The notes under the pieces: model-generated
What the model saw: the letters and a program-made list of their open reading frames with translations, nothing else
Told to the model about the DNA's origin: nothing
Database searches by the model: none
Program-made: the position numbers and the translations under genes
Assembly (NCBI GenBank): GCA_035626055.1
Contig: DASPOJ010000029.1
Location: forward strand, 1,174 to 65,173
DNA from: Candidatus Methylomirabilota bacterium
GTDB taxonomy: Bacteria; Acidobacteriota; Terriglobia; Acidiferrales; UBA7541
Direction of reading: 5' to 3'
DNA length: 64,000 nt
Shown: positions 56,149 to 64,000 of the stretch, piece after piece
Layout of the letters: every line of letters begins with the position of its first letter
Numbering within the stretch: position 1 is the stretch's first letter

Positions 56149-57291
56149 TCATGCGCCCGCGCGCGCAAAAATATCGCGGCGAGGATCTTCGGGATCGAGC
56201 TTGCTCAGTTCCTTAAGCAGATTGCGGACGCGCTCGTCCACGGGCTTCGGCACGACCACTTGCAGCTCCACGTATAGGTCGCCGCGCCGGTTGGACCTGC
56301 GGGCGCTGGGCACGCCTTTGTCGCGGAGCCGCAGGCGCTGCCCGCTGTTCGTCCCCGGCGGAACCCGCAAGAGCGCCCGGCCGTCCGTCGTGGGAACTTC
56401 GATCTTCGCGCCAAGCGAAGCCTCGGAAACAGTGATCGGCACGACGGTATAGAGATCGTCGCCGCGGCGTTCGAAGAACGGATGCGGCTGGACGTCGGTG
56501 ATGATGTAGAGATCGCCCGGCGGCGCGCCGCCTGTTCCCGCGTTGCCGCGGCCCGGCACCCGCACACGCGAGCCGCTGGCCACGCCGGCCGGAATGCGGA
56601 CATCGAGAGTCTCGGCCCGGCGCACCCGTCCATCCCCTCCGCAGACGCGGCAGATGGTGCGGACGCGCCCGGTCCCGCCACAACGCGTGCACGAAACATT
56701 GAATCGCATCCGGCCTGAAGTTTGCGTCACCTGGCCCGTGCCGCCGCAGACGGAACACGTTTGCGGCTGGCCGACCGCTCCCGCGCCGCGGCATTCCGTA
56801 CAGACTTCCAGGCGCGCCACCGTCAATTTGCGCACCGTTCCGCGCACGGCTTCCCAAAACGTGATGTCAATCTGATATTCGAGATCCGTTCCGGCCTCGG
56901 GGCCTTCCTGTGCCGCCGCGCCCGCGTTGCCACGGAAAAACTGGCTGAACAGATCGCGGAAACTCGTGCCGCCGGCGGGGCCTCCAGCGCCTCCGAAGTC
57001 GAAACCGCCAAAATCAAAATGGACGTCGTTCGCGCCTCCCGGGGGAACGCCGCCCGCTCCAGGCGCCTCGAAGCCGAACTGATCGTACATCTGCCTCTTT
57101 TTCGCGTCGGAAAGAACGTCGTAGGCTTCCTGAACTTGTTTGAATCTTTCTTCTGAGGACTTATCCCCTGGATTCAGGTCCGGGTGATATTTGCGCGCCA
57201 GCTTGCGATAGGCCGCGCGAATCTCTTTTTGTGTGGCCTTACGCGAAACACCCAGCATCTCGTAATAATCTTGTCTTGAGGTTGTCGGCAT
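56149..57291 (-). CDS. dnaJ: Molecular chaperone DnaJ (type I)
   Basis: J domain DYYEMLGV...[11 protein letters not shown], a G/F-rich region, four CxxCxGxG repeats, and a C-terminal substrate-binding domain. Confidence 0.95.
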   Translation of the reverse strand: MPTTSRQDYYEMLGVSRKATQKEIRAAYRKLARKYHPDLNPGDKSSEERFKQVQEAYDVLSDAKKRQMYDQFGFEAPGAGGVPPGGANDVHFDFGGFDFGGAGGPAGGTSFRDLFSQFFRGNAGAAAQEGPEAGTDLEYQIDITFWEAVRGTVRKLTVARLEVCTECRGAGAVGQPQTCSVCGGTGQVTQTSGRMRFNVSCTRCGGTGRVRTICRVCGGDGRVRRAETLDVRIPAGVASGSRVRVPGRGNAGTGGAPPGDLYIITDVQPHPFFERRGDDLYTVVPITVSEASLGAKIEVPTTDGRALLRVPPGTNSGQRLRLRDKGVPSARRSNRRGDLYVELQVVVPKPVDERVRNLLKELSKLDPEDPRRDIFARAGA

Positions 57292-57371
57292 CGTCTGTTG
57301 GCCTTCCCGGCTCGCGTCACCCAGCGCCGAATCTTCAGCCCCTGAATCGGCTTCCGCAAATCCAGCAAGGA

Positions 57372-57683
57372 CTAGAGCTTCGTCCAGCGCGCCGTCAATT
57401 CGGCCAATTCGATCTGTTCTCTGGCGTGCGCCTCGCGACGCCGTTTGCCCTCTTCATCCAACCGCCCGCTCATGGATGATTCCTTCTCGTTGGCGCGGGC
57501 GACCCAGCGGTCCACCCAGGCTATTTTTTGCTCGACACTTGCGCTGTCAGACCGGAAGCGAAGCGAAGTTCCACTGATATCCACGGAACGCGGGGGGAAA
57601 TCGGACGGCGGCGCCAGCTGCGTCTCGTAGAAGACGCGCTTCCAATCGGCGCTGGGCGTCTCGCTCAGCGTCACTTGCACCAT
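57372..57683 (-). CDS. Hypothetical protein (102 aa) occupying the position usually held by grpE
   Basis: ATG at 57683. High GC3. C-terminal charged helix ([24 protein letters not shown]). No GrpE motifs. Confidence 0.55.
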   Translation of the reverse strand: MVQVTLSETPSADWKRVFYETQLAPPSDFPPRSVDISGTSLRFRSDSASVEQKIAWVDRWVARANEKESSMSGRLDEEGKRRREAHAREQIELAELTARWTKL

Positions 57684-57867
57684 GTAAAAGTCTTCGCGGA
57701 GCTTTTGCACCGCTTGCGGCGGTCCAGCTCTCTTGACGCCTTGAGTGGCGCTCAATCGCGACCTCCCTAAATCGATTTTGATCGATTCCCAGACGGCCTC
57801 GGCGCACAACTCGTCACCGATCCGCCACGGGGAACTCTAAGGGGCTCGAGGAGCGGGCCCCCTATGT

Positions 57868-59808
57868 TCAATTCGGACGCTTCGATTCGTCCACGTCCAC
57901 GTACTCGGCGTCAATCACATCGCCCTGGCCGGGCTTCTTCTGCTCTCCGGATCCCGGTGCGCCCGCGTCGCTGGAAGCCGCGCCCGGACCGCCAGCCTTC
58001 GACGCCCCTCCCGCTCGGTACAGAGTCTCCGCCATGCGGTGAGAAGCCCGCTCGAGTTCCTGCGTGGCCGATTGAATCGCGTCGAGCTTGCCTCCGGCTA
58101 GCGCGGACTTCGCCTTTTCGAGCGCCTCCTCGACGTCTTTGGCGTCCGGCTCGGTCAACTTCTCCCGGTTCTCCCGGAGCAGCTTCTCGATCTGGTAGAT
58201 GCGGTTGTCGAGCATGTTGCGCGCTTCGATCTCCGAAAACTTCCGGCGATCCTCCTCGGCGTGGGCTTCCGCGTCCGCGCGCATCTTCTCCGCCTCATCC
58301 TTGGTAAGACCCGTCGAGGCCGTAATCGTGATCTTTTGTTCTTTGCTCGTGGCGGCGTCCTTGGCCGTGACGTTTAGGATGCCGTTCGCATCGATGTCGA
58401 ATGTCACTTCGATTTGTGGCAATCCGCGCGGAGCCGGAGGAATACCCATCAAGGAGAAGTTCCCGAGCGTGCGGTTGTCGGCGGCCATTTTGCGCTCGCC
58501 TTGCAGCACTTTGATGTCGACCGACGGCTGATTGTCCGCGGCCGTCGAAAACGTCTCCGACTTGCGCGTGGGGATGGTCGTGTTGCGCGGAATGAGCACC
58601 GTCATGACGCCGCCCAGGGTCTCAACGCCGAGCGAAAGCGGCGTGACGTCAAGCAGCAAAATGTCCTTCACTTCGCCGCCCAGCACCCCGCCTTGAATCG
58701 CCGCGCCCACCGCGACGACTTCGTCCGGATTCACGCCTTTGTGCCCTTCGCGTCCGAACAACTCCTTCACAAGCTGCTGGATCATGGGCATGCGCGTCTG
58801 TCCGCCCACCAGCACAACTTCGTTGATCTTGCCCGCATCGATGCCGGCGTCTTTCATGCACAGCTTGCAGGGCTCTACCGAGCGGCGGACGATGTCTTCA
58901 ACCATCGACTCCAGTCTTGCACGCGTGAGTTTCTTGACCAAATGCTTCGGGCCCGCGGCATCCGCCGTCACAAAGGGAAGATTGATCTCCGTCTCCATTA
59001 CGGTGGAAAGCTCCACTTTGGCGCGCTCCGCAGAATCCCGCAGCCGCTGCATCGCCATTTCGTTGCCCTTCGCTCGGAGGTCCAAGCCCTCATCCTTCTT
59101 GAACTCGTCCACCAGCCACTCCACGATGCGTTGGTCGATGTTGTCGCCGCCAAGGTGCGTGTCGCCGTTGGTCGCCTTGACTTCGATGACGCCCTCGCCG
59201 ACCTCCAGAATCGAGATGTCAAACGTGCCGCCGCCAAAGTCGTACACCGCGATCGTCTCGTCCTTCTTCTTGTCGAGGCCGTAGGCAAGCGCGGCCGCCG
59301 TGGGCTCGTTGATGATGCGCTTCACTTCGAGACCTGCAATTTTCCCCGCATCTTTCGTGGCCGTGCGCTGCGCGTCATTGAAGTATGCCGGCACCGTGAT
59401 GACCGCTTCAATCACCTTTTCTCCAAGAAAATCTTCCGCCGCGGCCCGCAGTTTCTGCAAAATCATCGCCGATATTTCAGGAGGGCTATATTCCTTCCCC
59501 TGCGCAACCACCGCTACGTGCTCGTGCTGCGGAACCACCTTATAGGGCACCATCTTCATTTCGGCGCTCACTTCGTCCTGACGACGCCCCATGAACCGCT
59601 TGATCGAATAAATCGTATTCTCCGGATTCGTGACCGCTTGGCGCTTGGCCACCTGTCCCACCAGCCGCTCGCCGGATTTCGTCACCGCGACAACCGAAGG
59701 TGTGGTGCGACCGCCTTCTTGGTTCGGTATCACTACTGGTTCGCCGCCCTGCATCACGGCCACAACCGAATTGGTCGTGCCGAGGTCAATGCCGATAATC
59801 TTGCTCAT
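57868..59808 (-). CDS. dnaK: Molecular chaperone DnaK (Hsp70)
   Basis: [28 protein letters not shown]. Full-length Hsp70 with AAGGAG 9 nt upstream of the ATG. Confidence 0.97.
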   Translation of the reverse strand: MSKIIGIDLGTTNSVVAVMQGGEPVVIPNQEGGRTTPSVVAVTKSGERLVGQVAKRQAVTNPENTIYSIKRFMGRRQDEVSAEMKMVPYKVVPQHEHVAVVAQGKEYSPPEISAMILQKLRAAAEDFLGEKVIEAVITVPAYFNDAQRTATKDAGKIAGLEVKRIINEPTAAALAYGLDKKKDETIAVYDFGGGTFDISILEVGEGVIEVKATNGDTHLGGDNIDQRIVEWLVDEFKKDEGLDLRAKGNEMAMQRLRDSAERAKVELSTVMETEINLPFVTADAAGPKHLVKKLTRARLESMVEDIVRRSVEPCKLCMKDAGIDAGKINEVVLVGGQTRMPMIQQLVKELFGREGHKGVNPDEVVAVGAAIQGGVLGGEVKDILLLDVTPLSLGVETLGGVMTVLIPRNTTIPTRKSETFSTAADNQPSVDIKVLQGERKMAADNRTLGNFSLMGIPPAPRGLPQIEVTFDIDANGILNVTAKDAATSKEQKITITASTGLTKDEAEKMRADAEAHAEEDRRKFSEIEARNMLDNRIYQIEKLLRENREKLTEPDAKDVEEALEKAKSALAGGKLDAIQSATQELERASHRMAETLYRAGGASKAGGPGAASSDAGAPGSGEQKKPGQGDVIDAEYVDVDESKRPN

Positions 59809-59871
59809 GTTGAGTGACTCCTTGCCTCCCGGGCGACGAATTCAAGGCGCGCCCGCTCACAAACTCGGGGC

Positions 59872-59900
59872 ATTGTAAACCTTGAGCAGAACGTTGTCAA
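59872..59900 (-). promoter_or_regulatory. Sigma70-type promoter of the dnaK operon (TTGACA-N17-TACAAT)
   Basis: Minus strand: TTGACA (59900..59895), a 17-nt spacer, then TACAAT (59877..59872), about 64 nt upstream of the dnaK ATG. Confidence 0.6.
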
Positions 59901-59901
59901 G
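59881..59901. promoter_or_regulatory. HAIR-like inverted repeat (candidate HspR operator) overlapping the dnaK promoter
   Basis: CTTGAGC-AGAACGT-TGTCAAG compared with the published HAIR consensus CTTGAGT-N7-ACTCAAG. Spacing is the same and 11 of 14 half-site positions match. It overlaps the -35 hexamer and spacer. Confidence 0.55.
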
Positions 59902-60307
59902 TCATTTGATAAAGCATAAACTGCTTATTATAAGTTACTTAGCGCCGCTATCCCCCGTGCTGCCAGAACAACCGCCCCCTGGCGCCCGCCCTGTACTCTG
60001 CAAACACGCCCACAATTCAGCCCTCACGACCGCCCGCTATTCATTGCAAACTGGGGAGAAACATCGAAACCCCCCGACCGAACGGTCGCGCGGGATCCCT
60101 CGAGGCCATCAGGATCACCTTGCACAAGAGGAGGAATTCCATTCTGACGAAAGGATGTCGGAGGTTACAGTTCGGATGCTTGGTTGCTGCCGCTCTTTCG
60201 CGCCAGCCGAGTTTCGCATCTAAATCTTATGCAACGAAACAGAGTACGTTCGGCGCAAGTCAGGTAGAATATCGCTCCGGCAAAAAATTGGGCGATGGGA
60301 GGATAGC

Positions 60308-60988
60308 TTGAAAGCACGAGCTCTAATTGCGGGGCTGCTGCTCGGAGTCGCGATCGTGTCTGCAATGGCGGTTCCGGGTAGGACGAGGCCTGCGCCGGGC
60401 GGCGCATCGCCGTCGGCTGCGCAGGCGCGAATCACGCCAGCCTCAGTGACTTACGCAAAGTCTCTCGGCTCAAGCTCCGCGCCGGTGCGAATCGAAGTCT
60501 TCAGCGACTATCAATGCCCGCAGTGCCGGAGTTTTTATCTCAATACTCTACGGCCCGTCATCGATAACTATGTCTCCACCGGCAAGGTCTATTTGATCCA
60601 CCACGATTTCCCGCTTTCGATGCACGCCTATTCCCGCGATGCAGCGCGGTGGGCCACCGCGGCGGCGGTCGTCGGCGATTTTGAAACGGTGGACCAGGCG
60701 CTTTATGCAAATCAGGACAAGTGGGAAGCCAACGGGCAGATCGAGCCCGTCGTGGCCGCGGTCCTCTCTCCAGCGGAGATGAAGAAGGTAAAATCTCTAT
60801 TCACACAGGACGCCCCGGAATTGGACGCCGTGGTAGAGACGGACTACAACCTTGGCAGGGCCAAGAATATTGACTCGACGCCCAGTATCTTTGTCACGGC
60901 GCATGGTGAGACCCACGAACTTCCGCCCGGCGGCGTCAGCTACCCGCTCATGAAGCAATACCTCGATTACCTTTTGGAACAACACTGA
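60308..60988 (+). CDS. DsbA-family thiol:disulfide oxidoreductase (secreted)
   Basis: TTG start with GGGAGGA upstream. Signal peptide MKARALIAGLLLGVAIVSAMA, and the CPQC active site within VFSDYQCPQCRSFY. Confidence 0.8.
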   Translation: MKARALIAGLLLGVAIVSAMAVPGRTRPAPGGASPSAAQARITPASVTYAKSLGSSSAPVRIEVFSDYQCPQCRSFYLNTLRPVIDNYVSTGKVYLIHHDFPLSMHAYSRDAARWATAAAVVGDFETVDQALYANQDKWEANGQIEPVVAAVLSPAEMKKVKSLFTQDAPELDAVVETDYNLGRAKNIDSTPSIFVTAHGETHELPPGGVSYPLMKQYLDYLLEQH

Positions 60989-61494
60989 TGATGGCGGCTT
61001 CTATTCCTATCGAAGGATCCGCTCCGCGACTGGGTTTTCTCCCGCGCGCGTTTCTCCTGTTGGGGCGCTTGGTTCTGGGGGGCGTATTTATTTTCGCCGC
61101 CTATGCCAAATTGCATTTCGACGGCCAATGGCATCTGCACGACTACTACTTCTTCTTCGCGATGTCCATTGACTCTTACCACCTGCTCCCGCTCTGGGCT
61201 GTGGAACTAGCGGCGCGCGTCCTGCCGTGGTTTGAGATGCTGCTCGGACTGATGTTGGTTCTCGGGCTTTGGCTGCGCTGGGCCGCCGCCGTGACGTCCG
61301 CCCTCATAGCTGTCTTCTGTTTCGCGATCGTTCGGGCGTACCTGCTCCACCTGGAGATCAGTTGCGGCTGTTTCGGAAACAACGAGAGGCTCACCGGCTG
61401 GACCATCGTCCGCGATGGCTGCTTCCTCGCGTTGTCCCTCGCGGTTACCTGGCTTGCGTTTATCGCGCACCGGCGCGCAGCCCGAAGAAGTTAG
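60988..61494 (+). CDS. DoxX/MauE-family membrane protein
   Basis: Four hydrophobic segments with CGCFG in the last helix region, typical of MauE/DoxX. Its ATG shares 1 nt with the dsbA-like stop (TGATG). Confidence 0.65.
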   Translation: MMAASIPIEGSAPRLGFLPRAFLLLGRLVLGGVFIFAAYAKLHFDGQWHLHDYYFFFAMSIDSYHLLPLWAVELAARVLPWFEMLLGLMLVLGLWLRWAAAVTSALIAVFCFAIVRAYLLHLEISCGCFGNNERLTGWTIVRDGCFLALSLAVTWLAFIAHRRAARRS

Positions 61495-61593
61495 TGTTTC
61501 CCTTTTCCCCTCCCGTGTTCCCGCGCAACCCCGGAATAACTCTTCGAATGTCCGCCGCAACACATCGCCCAGCCGGGTTAGAATAGAGCCGCG

Positions 61594-63900
61594 ATGGATC
61601 CTCTTCCGCCGATCACACTGCGTTTGAGGGGCCGCAAACTGGCAGGCCGGCTGGCCTTTGCGCTGCTCTTGATTGCCGCGATTTCCGCCGGCGCTGTGGC
61701 GGGACTCCTCTTCGTTTACTCGAGCGATCTGCCGCAAATCCACGCCTTGGAAGACTACCAGCCGAACGTCGTCACCGAACTCTATGCCGACGACGGGCAA
61801 TTGATCGGCACGTTCGCCCTGCAGCGTCGCATTCTCCTGTCCTACGAGCAGATCCCCCCTGTCTTGAAGGACGCCATCTTCACCGCTGAGGACCAGCATT
61901 TCGAGCAGCATTGGGGGGTGGACTTCACTCGCGTGCTCGGTGCCGCCTGGCGCGACCTGACGCGCCCGCACAGCCGTCCGGAAGGCGCGAGCACCCTCAC
62001 CATGCAACTCGCCGGCACGCTTTTTCTTAATCGCTCCGACGTGAGCATGCGTCGCAAGATCCAGGAGACGCTGCTGGCCATCCAGATCGAGCGCCACTAC
62101 ACCAAGCAGCAGATTCTGACGATGTACTGCAATCAAATCTACCTCGCGCACGGCAACTACGGTTTCGAGGCCGCTTCCGAATACTACTTCGGCAAGACCG
62201 TCGCCCAGTTGACGCTTCCCGAGGCCGCCATGCTCGCCGGACTGATTCGTGGCCCGAGCTACTCGCCGATCCAGCACCCCCAGCGGGCCATTGCCCGTAG
62301 AAATCTCGTGTTGGAGCGCATGGCCTCGCTCGGGAAGATCAGCGAGGCGCAAGCCAAGCTGGCATCGGCGCAACCGCTCGGATTGCACGTCGAAGTGCCG
62401 CGAGACGACCTGGCGCCCTATTTCGTCGAGGAAATTCGCAAGTACCTCGAAAGCACCTACGGCACCGAGGCCGTTCACGAGCGCGGCTTGCGCGTATACA
62501 CCACGCTGAACGTGGCCATGCAGCGCGCCGCGAACCAATCGGTCCGCGACGGCCTGCACGCCTACGACCGCCGCCACGGCTGGCGAGGCCACCTCGACAA
62601 CATCCTCGCCGATCACCGCGCCACGCTCGATACCTACGATGACGACGATTGGCACGGGGACATCGAGAAGGGCACCTACCTGCACGGCTTGGTCACCGCC
62701 GTCGATTCGAAGACCGCGACCATCAAGATCGGCCTCTACCGCGCCACGCTCACCGCCCCGGATTTTGCCTGGACCGGCCGCACCTCACCCGCCCAACTCC
62801 TGAAAGTCGGCGATTTGCCGATGGTCGGAATCAAAAGCCTCTCTGGCGCGACGGCCAAGGTTCAGCTCGAGCAGGATCCCGGCCCGCAGGCTGCGCTGCT
62901 GGCGATCGACAACACTTCGGGCGAGATTAAAGCGATGGTAGGCGGCTACGATTTCGGCGAATCGAAATTCAATCGCGCCATTCAGGCGGAGCGACAGGTC
63001 GGCAGCTCGTTCAAAGTTTATGTCTATACGACGGCGATTGAGCAGGGCTTCTCTCCCTTCGACACCATCCTCGACGCTCCCTTCACCACCGTCAGCGGCG
63101 GCCAACCCTACTCGCCGCACAACTACGACGAGAAATTCGAAGGGATCATCACGCTGCGCCGCGCCCTCGCCGGCTCGCGGAATGTCCCTGCCGTCAAGCT
63201 CACCGAAAAAATCGGCATCAACAACGTGATCGACACCGCTCGCCGCTTCGGCCTCACTAGTCCATTGCCCCCCTATCTTCCCCTGGCTCTCGGCGCCGCG
63301 GATTTGAATCTCCTCGAGCACACTTCCGCATTTACAGTTTTCCCCGCGGATGGCATCCGCGTGGACCCACACATGATTCGCAGGGTGACGACGTACGATG
63401 GCGCTCTACTCGAGCAGGCGCATCCCGCCGTACACGACGTCATTCCCTCCGATGTCGCGCGGACGATGGTGGCCATGCTGGAGGAAGTCGTCCAATTTGG
63501 CACCGGGCAGGGCGCTAGAGCACTCGGCCGCCCCTCCGCCGGCAAGACGGGCACCACCAACGATTTCACCGACGCCTGGTACGAGGGCTTCGTGCCGCAA
63601 ATCACGGCTGGCGTTTGGGTCGGCTACGACGATAAGCAGGTTTCTCTCGGTAAGCACGAAACCGGCGCGGTTGCGGCTCTCCCCATCTGGCTTGAGTTTA
63701 TGCAGGCCGCAACGTCGAACGTGCCCGTCGAAGATTTCCCGAACGTGGTTCCGCTGGAGAAGGTTGCCCTCACCAAGAGCGTCCGGGTGGATACGCCGGA
63801 CACGGCCCCAACGGAAGAGGAGCCATCCTCTCCGGCCGACAACCAGTCATCTCCCAGCAGCGCCCCTCCGCGTACTCTCGCCGCACCGCCCCAGCCTTGA
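61594..63900 (+). CDS. mrcA: Class A penicillin-binding protein (PBP1A: glycosyltransferase 51 + transpeptidase)
   Basis: GT51 motifs AEDQHFEQHWGVD, GASTLTMQL, RKIQE; transpeptidase motifs SSFK, SRN, KTGTT. N-terminal TM anchor. Confidence 0.93.
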   Translation: MDPLPPITLRLRGRKLAGRLAFALLLIAAISAGAVAGLLFVYSSDLPQIHALEDYQPNVVTELYADDGQLIGTFALQRRILLSYEQIPPVLKDAIFTAEDQHFEQHWGVDFTRVLGAAWRDLTRPHSRPEGASTLTMQLAGTLFLNRSDVSMRRKIQETLLAIQIERHYTKQQILTMYCNQIYLAHGNYGFEAASEYYFGKTVAQLTLPEAAMLAGLIRGPSYSPIQHPQRAIARRNLVLERMASLGKISEAQAKLASAQPLGLHVEVPRDDLAPYFVEEIRKYLESTYGTEAVHERGLRVYTTLNVAMQRAANQSVRDGLHAYDRRHGWRGHLDNILADHRATLDTYDDDDWHGDIEKGTYLHGLVTAVDSKTATIKIGLYRATLTAPDFAWTGRTSPAQLLKVGDLPMVGIKSLSGATAKVQLEQDPGPQAALLAIDNTSGEIKAMVGGYDFGESKFNRAIQAERQVGSSFKVYVYTTAIEQGFSPFDTILDAPFTTVSGGQPYSPHNYDEKFEGIITLRRALAGSRNVPAVKLTEKIGINNVIDTARRFGLTSPLPPYLPLALGAADLNLLEHTSAFTVFPADGIRVDPHMIRRVTTYDGALLEQAHPAVHDVIPSDVARTMVAMLEEVVQFGTGQGARALGRPSAGKTGTTNDFTDAWYEGFVPQITAGVWVGYDDKQVSLGKHETGAVAALPIWLEFMQAATSNVPVEDFPNVVPLEKVALTKSVRVDTPDTAPTEEEPSSPADNQSSPSSAPPRTLAAPPQP

Positions 63901-64000
63901 GATTCTGCCGGGCGCTCAGTTCACTCGTGCTCCAACGGAAGTAGGGGGTGGGAGCACTGGCTCTCACTTAAGCAGCTTGCAAGAAAGGGGGCTTTCGCGT

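Noticed and set aside
59882-60311. ORFs of 113 aa (59882-60223) and 63 aa (60120-60311) upstream of the dsbA-like gene.
   Set aside because: Low GC3, non-canonical or absent start codons, and no motifs. They are probably non-coding.
63925-63960. GTGCTCC...GGAGCAC inverted repeat after the PBP1A stop.
   Set aside because: A 7-bp stem with a loop of about 17 nt and no U-tract, at the window edge. The evidence is insufficient.
1-64000. Searched by eye for CRISPR-like spaced repeats, tRNA T-arm motifs (GGTTCGAATCC-like), rRNA, transposase/integrase/recombinase genes, toxin-antitoxin pairs and known defence-gene signatures.
   Set aside because: None was recognised. The repetitive DNA seen (8905-12996, 28275-30844) is explained by protein-level domain repeats. 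A visual scan cannot exclude small RNAs, so covariance-model scans are still needed.

Overview
High-GC (about 60%) bacterial chromosomal segment. The gene content suggests a diderm, Acidobacteriota-like organism, but that taxon call is inference only. I support about 50 densely packed protein genes. I recognised no rRNA, tRNA, CRISPR array, transposase, integrase or known defence-system gene, so most of the window looks like core housekeeping. Main blocks: (1) 5957-22737, one co-directional minus-strand run of envelope-biogenesis genes: lysS, lolC/E, lolD, clpC, bamA, a 1363-aa lipoprotein, skp, an orphan ABC ATPase, a bitopic membrane protein and a LolA-like protein. (2) 23547-32651, two ECF sigma / zf-HC2 anti-sigma modules that face each other, each with DUF4097 (Toastrack-like) beta-helix proteins. 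The minus-strand module also has a DUF4097-TonB_C fusion and a protease-less double-PDZ protein. (3) 34297-38027, a 1169-aa internally duplicated CPBP/CAAX-type membrane protein, translationally coupled to a 74-aa membrane protein. (4) Housekeeping genes: recG, rsmD, asmA, a TonB-like protein, acyl-CoA dehydrogenase, HIT, IHF/HU, rpsA, and a DsbA-DoxX pair followed by PBP1A. (5) A dnaK-orf102-dnaJ-hspR operon with a consensus promoter overlapped by a HAIR-like inverted repeat. The best candidate for an undescribed system is the sigma / anti-sigma(HEAT) / Toastrack-TonB_C / Toastrack / PDZ2 operon at 27278-32651. Its function is hypothesis only. All family calls rest on motifs read by eye from the supplied translations, and no database search was run.
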